Of a DNA stretch of 53,706 nucleotides, positions 8,514-17,098 are shown in pieces (positions within the stretch are counted from its first letter, which is position 1; every line of letters starts with the position of its first letter). Below the pieces are notes generated by a model that made no database searches, was not told the origin of the DNA, and saw only the letters and a program-made list of their open reading frames with translations. The translations under genes were made by a program, and so were the position numbers. The stretch lies in the IMG/VR virus record IMGVR_UViG_3300012971_000006, positions 1 through 53,706 of that record; one strand, given 5' to 3'. The DNA is from a virus. Lineage: Duplodnaviria; Caudoviricetes.

Positions 8514-8795
8514 TCACACTTTCCCCAGGTATTCAAAGATCTTCATTGGGATGCGATCATCATCGGTGATCCGCTCCAGATCTGGCCCGGTGCGAATCAC
8601 CATGAGTTCCATATTGATCTTGCCAGCGCGGAAGAAAACATATTTCTGCGTCACTTGTTTTACCCACACGGTTGCCATCGCGTCGCGTCCCTCTTTGAAA
8701 AGCCAGACCACCTGCGCGGCTTCAGCTCGCTTACTCTTAACTCGCGACCGACCTCGGGAATCATCGCTTCGACCTCTCCTGAAAATCGGCCTCAT
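8514..8795 (-). CDS. Hypothetical protein (true start may be 8678)
   Basis: ORF track; C-terminal half has genome-typical codons. Confidence 0.55.
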   Translation of the reverse strand: MRPIFRRGRSDDSRGRSRVKSKRAEAAQVVWLFKEGRDAMATVWVKQVTQKYVFFRAGKINMELMVIRTGPDLERITDDDRIPMKIFEYLGKV

Positions 8796-8946
8796 CCTCC
8801 AGCGTCTCGACGGCTTTGGTCAGATTGCCTATTGCGTCGCGCAGGTGACCCAGCGACGCTCGCCGGTCGTTGGCCTCGATGGCCCGCAGGTCGACGACGG
8901 CCATGTCGATAAAACGTTGCCAGTCCATTTCTTTAATTCCTTTCAT
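8761..8946 (-). CDS. Small helical hypothetical protein
   Basis: ORF track. Confidence 0.65.
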   Translation of the reverse strand: MKGIKEMDWQRFIDMAVVDLRAIEANDRRASLGHLRDAIGNLTKAVETLEDEADFQERSKR

Positions 8947-9211
8947 AGAGCCGCAGGTGCCGCCAGTCGCACAGCCGGTAAAACATGGCCTTGCGGTAAG
9001 CGTGCAGCGACGCGCGCGCGGCCTCGCGTTTGGTCATGCCCGGCGGGTCTAGTTCGGTCGCGCCGGGCACGTAGCACGAGCACCGGCCCTCGATGTGCGC
9101 CAGCGAGCCAGCGGCGAGCCGAAAGCCGCACTCGACGTGCATCGGCTGGCTCTGGAAGCATTCGTTTTGCTCGCCGGGCTCGACCGGCTCTTCGCAGTAC
9201 GTGCAGTTCAA
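8933..9211 (-). CDS. Small Cys-rich protein
   Basis: CTYC...HVEC...H...CSC. Confidence 0.75.
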   Translation of the reverse strand: MNCTYCEEPVEPGEQNECFQSQPMHVECGFRLAAGSLAHIEGRCSCYVPGATELDPPGMTKREAARASLHAYRKAMFYRLCDWRHLRLYERN

Positions 9212-9549
9212 TTGATCACCGCTTGTCTTACCGCAGCCACAAAATACCGGTGCCCGGCGACCGCGTCGTCATAGCTCGCATAACGCCGCTGAGCCAGCCC
9301 GCCGAATTTGCCGTCGCCCTCATCGCCGAAAATCATGGTTTCCCAGAGCACCGGCGGGCCCGTGCCGCGCCAGTTGTGATTAGTGCCGAGAAACACTGTC
9401 GATATCTCATAAGGCCCGGCGGCGTCGCGCGCCACAGAGCATTGCTCGTGATGCGCTTCGAGCCACTCGACGTACTTGATCAAATCGGGCTCTTCAATCG
9501 GCGTCTTGCCGTCGGCGTCGAGGATGTAATGCCATTTGCGGCGGCTCAT
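9208..9549 (-). CDS. Hypothetical phage protein (ISTVFLG...PPVLWETMIFG...RYAS..DAVAGH)
   Basis: ORF track; coupled ATGA start. Confidence 0.82.
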   Translation of the reverse strand: MSRRKWHYILDADGKTPIEEPDLIKYVEWLEAHHEQCSVARDAAGPYEISTVFLGTNHNWRGTGPPVLWETMIFGDEGDGKFGGLAQRRYASYDDAVAGHRYFVAAVRQAVIN

Positions 9550-10478
9550 AACTTCAACTTCACTTCGACGTCGCGGTCGCGCACGGCCTTGCCTTTGTTG
9601 CCGCGCACGGTCATCGGCGACCAGACCAGCTGGTGATATTTGCCGAACAAGCCCGGGCCGGTTCTGTAGTCGCGGAAATGCCCACGGCAGATATGCATGG
9701 CCCGCGCGAGGCCGACTCTGTCGGCGTTGCCCTCGCGTTTGAGAATCTGTTTCAGCGGGTCGATGATCAGCGTTTTATACGGGCTCGGCGTCTGTCCGCC
9801 GTGCCGCTCGCGATAGCGCTTGGCCAGTTTCGCGTCGACCTGATTGTCGACAATTCTCACGTTGCGGCAATGCATGAAACACACGGCCAGAAACGTCGGG
9901 TTTACGGACGTCATCAGATTACACATGATGTCGGCGTGCTGCCCGCCGGTGAGAGTTTGCATCCATGGCCGTTCCAATACCGCGCCGTTTTTGTCGACCA
10001 TCAGAAAGATGGAGCCGTGCGGCCCGTCGGCAGCGATGCCGCGCCGGGCATAGTCGATAAACAGCTCGCACCATAAAATCCAGTGACAGTCATCATGCGG
10101 CTTGCCCTCGGCGATGACGATGCCCTCTTTGGGGTCAAGCGCGGTCACGAGCACGCCGGTGCGCCCGCCCGCAAAGTGATCGCTGATATCCGTCGTGCCC
10201 TTTTCTTTCGAGTAGATCTTATTCGGCAGCGGGTGCTCGGAAAAAAACTGCGTGTACGGCGGCGCGAGGTTCGGAAAGTCGCGCCGCAGGTCCCAGAATT
10301 CCTGATCCGACTGAAAGAAATATTCGGCGACGTTGGGGATGTGAATCACGGGCATGTCGGCCCGCAGCAGGTCGACGATCTTGCGCGCGTCGGCTTCCCA
10401 TTTGTCCTCTTTGTCGGGCGGAATAAACCATGGCATGTTCAGCGGCCCGCGCCGCAGGTCATCGATAAAGCGCGGCAT
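9546..10478 (-). CDS. Hypothetical protein (310 aa) with C-terminal HICRGHFR motif
   Basis: Long ORF with genome-typical codons; coupled start. Confidence 0.88.
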   Translation of the reverse strand: MPRFIDDLRRGPLNMPWFIPPDKEDKWEADARKIVDLLRADMPVIHIPNVAEYFFQSDQEFWDLRRDFPNLAPPYTQFFSEHPLPNKIYSKEKGTTDISDHFAGGRTGVLVTALDPKEGIVIAEGKPHDDCHWILWCELFIDYARRGIAADGPHGSIFLMVDKNGAVLERPWMQTLTGGQHADIMCNLMTSVNPTFLAVCFMHCRNVRIVDNQVDAKLAKRYRERHGGQTPSPYKTLIIDPLKQILKREGNADRVGLARAMHICRGHFRDYRTGPGLFGKYHQLVWSPMTVRGNKGKAVRDRDVEVKLKL

Positions 10479-10696
10479 CAGTCCTCACACCGGACCCGCT
10501 TGACGTTCTGACATTGGCGCCAGTCGACCGGCAGGCCCTGCACCTCCATGTAGCATGGTGCGAACACGCTGAAGAGCAGCGCGCATTGGTTGCCCTGCGT
10601 GTCGAGCATGATGTATGCGCGCGGCCCGGTGAAGTGCGTCGAGTGACCGTAGAACGGGCAGTTATTGAGCTTCGGCGGCTCTGGCGTCATCGGCAT
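10478..10696 (-). CDS. Small Cys-rich protein
   Basis: CPFYG...NQCAL...PC...WRQC. Confidence 0.72.
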   Translation of the reverse strand: MPMTPEPPKLNNCPFYGHSTHFTGPRAYIMLDTQGNQCALLFSVFAPCYMEVQGLPVDWRQCQNVKRVRCED

Positions 10697-10994
10697 TCTC
10701 GATTAGCTCTTGCACGACCAGCAGCCACGGCTCGCGATTCTCGACGACCGTGTTGCGGATAACCAGATTCCAGATTTTGATCGGAAACAGGCCCTTTTCG
10801 ATTGCGCGCGGCAGGATCTGCATGCTGGTGCGGGCGCCCAGTTTCCCTCGGATGTTTCGGAGATGGCACGCGGCGGTTTTGTAGCTGATATTGAGGGTCG
10901 CCGCAATTTCCTTAAACGACTCGCCCTTCCAGATGAGGTCGAGTACTTCGCGCTCGCGCGGCGTTAGCTCAAAATCTCTCGTGAAATTTCTCAT
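10662..10994 (-). CDS. LuxR-family HTH regulator (stand-alone, 110 aa)
   Basis: LTPREREVLDLIWKGESFKEIAATLNISYKTAACHLRNIRGKLG is a canonical LuxR/GerE HTH; start at ATGA overlap 10994. Confidence 0.9.
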   Translation of the reverse strand: MRNFTRDFELTPREREVLDLIWKGESFKEIAATLNISYKTAACHLRNIRGKLGARTSMQILPRAIEKGLFPIKIWNLVIRNTVVENREPWLLVVQELIENADDARAAEAQ

Positions 10995-11314
10995 GCCGCC
11001 GCCCTCCGCTTGAATTCGCGCACGCTGCCGTGCGGCTTGACGCCGTAAGCCGTCGGGTCGAAAAACGCGGTCAATGGCAGCGTTGGATTTTTCCGCCAAA
11101 TTTCCGTCTGCTCGAATTCGCGCCACGCGGTCAAGCCGTCGCGCGTGATATGAAAGCCGCGCCCGGGCCGGTAAGCGACCCACTTCTGAATAAGCATCGA
11201 GCGAAAAGGCCGCTGGTCGAAGCGCTGGGCCTCTTCAATGTTCATGTACCATTTGCCGGAATTTTGAGCGAACAATTTCAGCAGCGGGTGTTGGCGATTA
11301 CTAAGACGGATCAT
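10991..11314 (-). CDS. Putative winged-helix protein
   Basis: LSNRQ..LL...FRSML..KWV......FHITRDG pattern resembles wHTH. Confidence 0.65.
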   Translation of the reverse strand: MIRLSNRQHPLLKLFAQNSGKWYMNIEEAQRFDQRPFRSMLIQKWVAYRPGRGFHITRDGLTAWREFEQTEIWRKNPTLPLTAFFDPTAYGVKPHGSVREFKRRAAA

Positions 11315-11625
11315 ACGCGGCCCTCCTCTGCAAGTTTGATGCGGGCAGGCGTGACGACGTACTGGTCGCAGTATGCGCAGCAGCGGCCACCGTTGACGGG
11401 CTCGGCGTTGTTAGAGAATTCGGGAAATTCCTCGCCGCAGATAGAGCACGTCTCCCACGGCTTGGGTTTGCTGTGGGTCGGCCTGTTGCCGGTGATCGTC
11501 CAGTGCCCATGGGTAGTCGGGACGATCATCGCTTTAATTTTCGACGGCTGTTTTGCCGCCTTGCTGGCGGCTTTATCGATCAGCGTCAGGAAGTCGCGGG
11601 CCTCGCCCTCGGTCTTGAATATCAT
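11311..11625 (-). CDS. Hypothetical protein with C-terminal zinc-finger-like domain
   Basis: CSICG...NNAEPVNGGRCCAYCD; start at ATGA overlap. Confidence 0.75.
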   Translation of the reverse strand: MIFKTEGEARDFLTLIDKAASKAAKQPSKIKAMIVPTTHGHWTITGNRPTHSKPKPWETCSICGEEFPEFSNNAEPVNGGRCCAYCDQYVVTPARIKLAEEGRV

Positions 11626-12086
11626 ACGTGTTCCTCCATGGCCCCATTCGCGCGCTTGGTCCTGCCGCCCATCTTGGAAATGAGCTTTTTCTGTTCCTGC
11701 GGCGACATTGCGTCCCAAGCCTCATTCGACTTGGCCAGCTTGACCGTGGGTTTTTTCTTTCGCGGTTTTTTCCTCGCCGACGTGGCCTCGCCACGCGCGA
11801 CGGCCTGCCGCCGCCGCATCTCTGCCGACCGCTCTGCCGGGTCGTCGGGCCAGCCGCTCGACTTTTTAGTCGGTCGGCCTCGACGGCCTCGCACGGTCGC
11901 CGGTTTGGCGAGCAGGTCGCCGGTGACCCGCTCGACGGTTTCATAACTGCGCAGTGATGCTTCAATGCTTGCCGCCATGGCGTCGAGCATCTTGATCACG
12001 CGCCGGATACTTTGCAGTTGGGTTTCGAGCCCCACGCGATTCATTTCCGCATGAAGCGATGAGAATGGCTGTGTGTCGTTTGGCAT
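11622..12086 (-). CDS. Basic coiled-coil protein, possible nucleoid-associated/DNA-binding
   Basis: N-terminal coiled coil, RGRRGRP AT-hook-like motif, Lys/Arg-rich tail. Confidence 0.7.
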   Translation of the reverse strand: MPNDTQPFSSLHAEMNRVGLETQLQSIRRVIKMLDAMAASIEASLRSYETVERVTGDLLAKPATVRGRRGRPTKKSSGWPDDPAERSAEMRRRQAVARGEATSARKKPRKKKPTVKLAKSNEAWDAMSPQEQKKLISKMGGRTKRANGAMEEHV

Positions 12087-12151
12087 TCGCTTTTCTGTAC
12101 CGTCCCAAAAGTGGTTTACACGTGGTCTAGTCGCCACGTTTTTTGGTAATG

Positions 12152-12181
12152 ATTCTATATCTAATAGGCGCAAGGATACAA
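12152..12181 (-). promoter_or_regulatory. Putative sigma70 promoter for accessory operon
   Basis: TTGTAT-18 nt-TAGAAT in an AT-rich intergenic gap. Confidence 0.5.
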
Positions 12182-12256
12182 ACAAATTTTATAGTCGAGA
12201 TGTGCTTTAAAATCCGATGACATATAGCCCCGGAAGCTGCCAGCGTATCACTAAAT

Positions 12257-12631
12257 CTATGTAGATACTGCGGCCCTCAGACACTGGCATTTCTTAGCGC
12301 CGCTCGACCCGTTGCGCTCGACGATCAGCCAGCCGCTGCCGCCGCAGATCGGGCACCCGGTGTTTCTCGGAGCGCCGAGGTATTCGCCGGTCGAGGGCTT
12401 GGGCTTGAAATGGTCGCAGATGTCGCCGGGCTTCGGGCACTCGCGGTTTCTGAGCGTAAGAGTCCAGTGCTCGACAAACGCCTCGCCCGCCGCGACGCTG
12501 GGTGCATTCTGCATAGCTTTGATCAGCAGCGCGACGGCTTCATCGTCGGGCGGATAGTAATTCAGGCCCGACAGCCGCCGCACCAGCAGGAAAGCGTCAT
12601 CGGCCCCGATCCTCGATTCTTTTGAGCGCAT
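12257..12631 (-). CDS. Replication-associated protein with C-terminal zinc finger
   Basis: Follows the initiator; CPKPGDI and CPICGGSGW...AKKCQC motifs. Confidence 0.7.
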   Translation of the reverse strand: MRSKESRIGADDAFLLVRRLSGLNYYPPDDEAVALLIKAMQNAPSVAAGEAFVEHWTLTLRNRECPKPGDICDHFKPKPSTGEYLGAPRNTGCPICGGSGWLIVERNGSSGAKKCQCLRAAVST

Positions 12632-13724
12632 TCATCACCCCCTCATATCGCCGCTCGGCTTTCGACATCGGCTTTCTCGCGACCGGCGGCATGCGCCATT
12701 CCTGATCCCTCACCCAACGCCAGAGCTGCGGTATAAACTTCCCGGCGGGCAGCTGCCGCCAGTACTCGCACCATGCCGCATGGTTGGCCCGCATCTGGTC
12801 TGCCGCGCCGGGATGACCGGCGAGGGCCTGCTCTATCTCGCCGACCGCGCGCATCGGCAGGCCGGGCTGCGGGTGCGCCGCTGAAAGCTCATAGGCCAGC
12901 TGCTCGGCCTCGGTCGCCTCGGGCTGGCTCACCGGGCGAGCCCGCTCTGTAAATTCCTCCCGCATCTTTAGCCCGCATCCCGCATTGACGGGCCGCATAG
13001 CGGGCGTGCCGAGGGCGGATGCCCGGGGGGTCGGGCCCGTTTGGTGCTGCCCCATGCGGTTGGTACGTCCCGACCCGGCGGGCTTCAGCCCTTCGTTACA
13101 CTGAATCGGGCCGTCTAGCTCGACGGAGCGAAAATCGGGGGAGCCTGCCCCGACCGACGGCCCGCTGTTCACCCGTTCGCTGTGTTCAATTTTATTACTC
13201 GCATCGCTCGCCGCCGCCGACGACGACTGGGCCCGCTGGCCCGCCCTATGTAGATCAGTGGAGTCGGCGGCGTCGGAGCGTATAGGTTCAAAATTAAATG
13301 TCTCTTGTTCAATAAGGATGCGGGCGTTTAGACTGGGCCATTCTGCGGTCGCAGATGTGCGGTCGCACAATGGCTCTGCGACCGCCGCGCCGGTCGCCGG
13401 GTGAGCGTTTGCCGGTCGCCGCAGCTGCCGGAAAGACGGGTGATGCCACTGGTCGGGCGTGGTTATTTCGTAGCTGCTCGACCGGCGGCATTTACTCGCG
13501 ATGACGATGCCACAATCCCGCAGCTTGGCCATGAGCCGCTGGGCCTTGCTGTAAGACCAGCCGTGGTACTTGGCCAGCGTGATCAGCTTCGGGTTGAGCT
13601 GTTTTGTTTTCGCGTTACAGTGCCAAAACAGATCAGCTAATAGTGCGATTGCATCGCCTTGCAGCAAACGTACTACGGGATGATCGGGAATTGTGCGATA
13701 GTATGAAGTCGTCGGCGTCGTCAT
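12597..13724 (-). CDS. Putative replication initiator (N-terminal HTH)
   Basis: NPKLITLAKYHGWSYSKAQRLMAKLRDCGIV...SSSYEI wHTH, low-complexity linker, C-terminal KFIPQLWRWVRDQEW motif typical of phage replisome organisers. Confidence 0.75.
   Translation of the reverse strand: MTTPTTSYYRTIPDHPVVRLLQGDAIALLADLFWHCNAKTKQLNPKLITLAKYHGWSYSKAQRLMAKLRDCGIVIASKCRRSSSYEITTPDQWHHPSFRQLRRPANAHPATGAAVAEPLCDRTSATAEWPSLNARILIEQETFNFEPIRSDAADSTDLHRAGQRAQSSSAAASDASNKIEHSERVNSGPSVGAGSPDFRSVELDGPIQCNEGLKPAGSGRTNRMGQHQTGPTPRASALGTPAMRPVNAGCGLKMREEFTERARPVSQPEATEAEQLAYELSAAHPQPGLPMRAVGEIEQALAGHPGAADQMRANHAAWCEYWRQLPAGKFIPQLWRWVRDQEWRMPPVARKPMSKAERRYEGVMNALKRIEDRGR
13281..13421. other. Candidate replication origin inside the initiator gene
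   Basis: TGCGGTCGCA at 13344-13353 and 13358-13367, inverted TGCGACCGC 13377-13385, GCCGGTCGCCG x2, next to AT-rich 13281-13320. Confidence 0.55.
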
Positions 13725-13855
13725 AAACGGCCTTCGGAAAGCAACTTATGATCATCGTCGGCAGGGTAAGTCGGGTAGCATCGACTTACTTCGATGAGAG
13801 GAAAAAGTCTCGCGGGTAGCACCAGCTGCCCGCATTTTCTTTTTCGGGCGCGACC

Positions 13856-14212
13856 TTAAGGCGACCGCTCAAACCGTTCAAGCCACTCGCGCAGCTCGGC
13901 GGGTGTTTCGACGACGACGACCTCGAAGCCGCAGCCCATTCGCAGCTCGGCATGCCGCCGCAGTTGAATCTCTGAAGGCTCTTCGCCCGGCGCTTTCGTT
14001 TCGAGAAAAAACGAGGGCCGCGCGACCGCGAGCCAGTCTGGGTCGCCGGGTGTGCCCATAGTCACCCAGTTCCCGTTAGGAGTTCTGAACCGTCCCACGT
14101 GCTGCCGCACTGGGAAATAGCCGCAGCGCCGCAGCTCGGCGAGGCACGCGCGCTCGACGTCGTTTTCACTAATGTGCGGTCGCTCGGGCCGCAGCTTAAA
14201 GCGCTGGCTCAC
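13856..14212 (-). CDS. VRR-NUC-type nuclease (Holliday junction resolvase-like)
   Basis: SENDVE...GTPGDPDW...FLETKAPGEEPSEIQ; GTG start coupled to upstream TGA. Confidence 0.85.
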   Translation of the reverse strand: MSQRFKLRPERPHISENDVERACLAELRRCGYFPVRQHVGRFRTPNGNWVTMGTPGDPDWLAVARPSFFLETKAPGEEPSEIQLRRHAELRMGCGFEVVVVETPAELREWLERFERSP

Positions 14213-14424
14213 GCGACGGCCCCATTGGCCCTTTCCGGGCACGGCTCGCACACCATGTCGACGCCCGCGCGCATCATGGTGCCCGCGAAGTGCATCCACT
14301 CGGCGCGCGCGCCGGTCACGACGCCCATGGCGACCCATGCTTCGCCCGGGCGCGCTATTTCGATGCGCCCGTGGTAATGGCCCGGGTCGGTCGCGTTGGG
14401 GTGCCAGCATACGCGCAGCTTCAT
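14209..14424 (-). CDS. Hypothetical protein
   Basis: MKLRVCWHPNATD...; ATGA-coupled start. Confidence 0.65.
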   Translation of the reverse strand: MKLRVCWHPNATDPGHYHGRIEIARPGEAWVAMGVVTGARAEWMHFAGTMMRAGVDMVCEPCPERANGAVA

Positions 14425-14882
14425 GCCGTCGCCCGCTGCTCTGCCTCGGCGACCGCATCTTGAGCCGCCCGGCGCACGGCGATTCTGCACCCGGCGCAGA
14501 GGTCGCGCTGCTTGTCCAGTTGATCCCACATCAGCGTGCCGCGCCGGTGCGAGCCAATCTGAATGCGGCACCAGCTCACGTGCGTGTCAAACATCACGAT
14601 GTGCCAGTCGTGGCCGACTTTGGCCGTCTTGAGCGCGGCGCGGCCCTGAAAGACCAGCGGCAGACATTGCAGCTGCCGGGCGAGTACGGCCTCATCGTTG
14701 CGTTTCCAGAGACACGCCTCGCACTCGGTCATCACGACGTTGCCCGCTATCGGCTTCTGGCAGGTTTTGCAAGTCAATCCGGTTTTCCCCCTAAACGAAA
14801 AAAAGCCCGGGGATTGCTCCCCGGGCCTCCATGGCTTCCAGTCCTTACACAGCGGGTCACTGCACGACCCCAGAAATTTCAA
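14421..14882 (-). CDS. Cys-rich hypothetical protein (start uncertain)
   Basis: Several CxxC motifs; overlaps integrase 3' end. Confidence 0.65.
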   Translation of the reverse strand: MKFLGSCSDPLCKDWKPWRPGEQSPGFFSFRGKTGLTCKTCQKPIAGNVVMTECEACLWKRNDEAVLARQLQCLPLVFQGRAALKTAKVGHDWHIVMFDTHVSWCRIQIGSHRRGTLMWDQLDKQRDLCAGCRIAVRRAAQDAVAEAEQRATA

Positions 14883-16530
14883 TAGGTTGGGCGAAGGTAA
14901 TGGTCAGATCGGGCGTGGCGCAAAAGTCTAACTGCGATTTTAGTGGCAGCGCCGCTTTTGCGCCAGCGCTGAGCTTAGCCAGATAACCGCCGTTGAGCTT
15001 CACAGACACGATAGTGGACCCGCTTAGCGTAATCTCTTTGACCCCGCCGCGCAATGCCTCGCGCTGCTCTTTGAAGCCCAGAAACGCGAACTGCCCGAAA
15101 GCCGTGACCAACGCCTCGGCGACCTGCTCGGGCTGAATGCCCTTTACCTGCTGCGGCAGCGTAGCGAGCACGGCCTTGGTCTTGTTTTCGAGCGCGGCCA
15201 TGGCGACCTTGAATTCGGCGTGCGACAGGTCGCCCGACCCCATGGCCGCAATGAGCGACTGCCGACCGCTGGCCAGCTTGGCGGCGGCTTTCTCGCGCGC
15301 GCCCCGGTTCGGGTCGGCCTTGCGGGTCGAGGCCAGAACCACATTGCAGACCTCGACGATAAAAGCCGCGTTGAGCAGCTGCGAGGTCACCATCTCGATG
15401 ATGGCTGCGTCGAGGCCGGTGCGGCGGATAGAGGGCATGCCGCAGCCGATGCCGCCCTTGTGGCGCGTCTTGCAGCGGTACATATCGTTCTCATTAGTGC
15501 GCGAGCCGTAGACGCCGTACAGCAGCTCGCCGCATGAGCACCGCACCATGCTGTTACCGATGAAGCGCGGGCGACCGGCGTTTTTGTCTTTGCCGCGCCG
15601 CCATGCCGCCCGGCGGGTCGCGAGGATCTCTTGCACGCGGTAAAAAACGGCCTCGCTCACGATTGGCGCGAGGTCGATGTCGACGAGCAGCGGCTGCTCG
15701 CGCTTGGCGGTTTTTTTGCGGATCTTGGGCTCGGGATTTTTCGCGCTCGGCTCGGGCAGGTACTCTTCGCCGACCGTCCACCGATAGATGCGCTTGCCGA
15801 TCCAGATCGGGTTTTGCAGGGAGTCGTGCAGGCCCTTGCCGGTGATGCCGCCGATTTTCTCTGCGGCCAGCTCGCAGCTGTCGCCGTGCAGGATGTGCTC
15901 GAATGCTTGCGCAATGTTCTGGGCAAAGTCGGTGTGCGCCCAGTGAGCGCTGGTCGTCTTGCCGGTTTGCGGGTCGCGCTGCCGCGTGTAAACGACGCCC
16001 TTCGGCAGCATGTGATTGCCGCCCGCATGCTTGCCAGCGAGCCGCTTGACCTGCTTGCCATCGTTCATGCGCTGGCGGATGAGCCGCAGCTCTTCGCCCG
16101 ACATGTAGCCGCCGAAGAGCAGCAACATTTTGCCCTCGCTGGTGTTCGGGTCGATGCGTTTGTCGGGCGTGTAGATCAGTTTTTTGTTGGCGGCGAAGTG
16201 CTCGAAAACCGCATAGTCGCCGTATGCCTCGGGCCGGATGACGCGCGATTGCTCGGCGGCGAGCAGGCCCTTGAGCGTCGGGTCGCCGGACGCCATTTCA
16301 GAGAAAATTTTCTTAAATTGCGGGTCGTGCATCACGTGCCGACCGGAGACGTCGACAACCGTGATCGTGCGGCGAATCCGCACCCGGTGCCGCTCGGCGG
16401 CGGCGACGTTGGCCAAGTGCTGCCGCTCGACGCCGCCCTTGTCGCCAGCCGCTTGCTCGGCGGTCGACACACGGATCAGCTCAAGTACATCACCTTCGTA
16501 TCCATTGGGTAACGCTAATGAAGAGTTCAT
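14857..16530 (-). CDS. int: Large serine recombinase (integrase), ~557 aa
   Basis: IRVSTAEQ catalytic motif, DVSG, recombinase domain (LQNPIWIG...APIVSEAVFYRVQEIL), zinc ribbon (RCSCG...YRC...GC) and coiled coil; start 16530 chosen from promoter position. Confidence 0.95.
   Translation of the reverse strand: MNSSLALPNGYEGDVLELIRVSTAEQAAGDKGGVERQHLANVAAAERHRVRIRRTITVVDVSGRHVMHDPQFKKIFSEMASGDPTLKGLLAAEQSRVIRPEAYGDYAVFEHFAANKKLIYTPDKRIDPNTSEGKMLLLFGGYMSGEELRLIRQRMNDGKQVKRLAGKHAGGNHMLPKGVVYTRQRDPQTGKTTSAHWAHTDFAQNIAQAFEHILHGDSCELAAEKIGGITGKGLHDSLQNPIWIGKRIYRWTVGEEYLPEPSAKNPEPKIRKKTAKREQPLLVDIDLAPIVSEAVFYRVQEILATRRAAWRRGKDKNAGRPRFIGNSMVRCSCGELLYGVYGSRTNENDMYRCKTRHKGGIGCGMPSIRRTGLDAAIIEMVTSQLLNAAFIVEVCNVVLASTRKADPNRGAREKAAAKLASGRQSLIAAMGSGDLSHAEFKVAMAALENKTKAVLATLPQQVKGIQPEQVAEALVTAFGQFAFLGFKEQREALRGGVKEITLSGSTIVSVKLNGGYLAKLSAGAKAALPLKSQLDFCATPDLTITFAQPIEISGVVQ
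14916..14965. other. Candidate attP (50-bp imperfect inverted repeat, central TT/AA)
   Basis: TGGCGCAAAAG-tctaa-CTGC-gattTTagtg-GCAG-cgccg-CTTTTGCGCCA; size and symmetry match serine integrase attP sites. Confidence 0.7.
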
Positions 16531-16535
16531 GTCCA

Positions 16536-16557
16536 TAAGTATATCATGTCCTACGTA
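16536..16557 (-). promoter_or_regulatory. TAGGAC-box promoter, copy 2 (integrase promoter)
   Basis: TACGTAGGACATGATATACTTA; ATG 16530 is 8 nt after the -10. Confidence 0.7.
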
Positions 16558-16733
16558 GTTAACGGCGGTCGCCCGGCGGCGCGGTTTTTGCGCCGGTTCC
16601 GCCGGTTTCGGGCGTTGGTCGTCTGGTACTTGCACGCGCGGCATTCGCGCGCGCCGTCGGCCTTGTGGATGGCGTTAAAGCCGCTCAGCTCGTGCAGCCC
16701 GCGTTTGCAGCGGGCCAGCTTGCGCATGCCCAT
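16551..16733 (-). CDS. Small basic zinc-finger protein (CKRGLH...RECRAC)
   Basis: Motif like the Cys/His module attached to phage HNH proteins; TAATG-coupled start. Confidence 0.7.
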   Translation of the reverse strand: MGMRKLARCKRGLHELSGFNAIHKADGARECRACKYQTTNARNRRNRRKNRAAGRPPLTT

Positions 16734-16921
16734 TAGTGCGCGGTTTCCTCGGCGGGCAGACCGCAGACCTCGCGGGCGAGCCGCAGCGCGGCCAGCGTGT
16801 CGCCGATTTCGAGGGCCTTGCGCATGCGTCCAATCAGCTCCATGCGGGCGCGACCGATAGCGACCCATTTGAGTGCTTGCGCTTCGGTGAGCTGATCCTC
16901 GGGCCCGGGCTCTTCCTTCAC
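16733..16921 (-). CDS. Small helical hypothetical protein
   Basis: ORF track. Confidence 0.65.
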   Translation of the reverse strand: MKEEPGPEDQLTEAQALKWVAIGRARMELIGRMRKALEIGDTLAALRLAREVCGLPAEETAH

Positions 16922-16925
16922 AGCT

Positions 16926-17093
16926 TTACCCCTTGCGGGCAGCTCGCCGTGCGCGTTTGATCTTGCGCACGCGCGGCTGGTTCCAATACTTGGTCTTGCA
17001 CTTCGGGCACTGCACCGGGTCGGTGATGGTGCGCCGCAGCCAGCGGTGCCCGCAGCGGTTGCACTGGAGCATCAAGTCGGATAAAACACTCAT
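16926..17093 (-). CDS. 55-aa C4 zinc-ribbon protein with basic tail (below ORF-track cut-off)
   Basis: Hand translation: MSVLSDLMLQCNRCGHRWLRRTITDPVQCPKCKTKYWNQPRVRKIKRARRAARKG*. Confidence 0.85.
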   Translation of the reverse strand: MSVLSDLMLQCNRCGHRWLRRTITDPVQCPKCKTKYWNQPRVRKIKRARRAARKG

Positions 17094-17098
17094 GCTTC

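Noticed and set aside
16531-16644. Integrase start at 16644
   Set aside because: Overlaps the upstream zinc-finger gene and the promoter; 16530 puts the catalytic Ser near the N-terminus.
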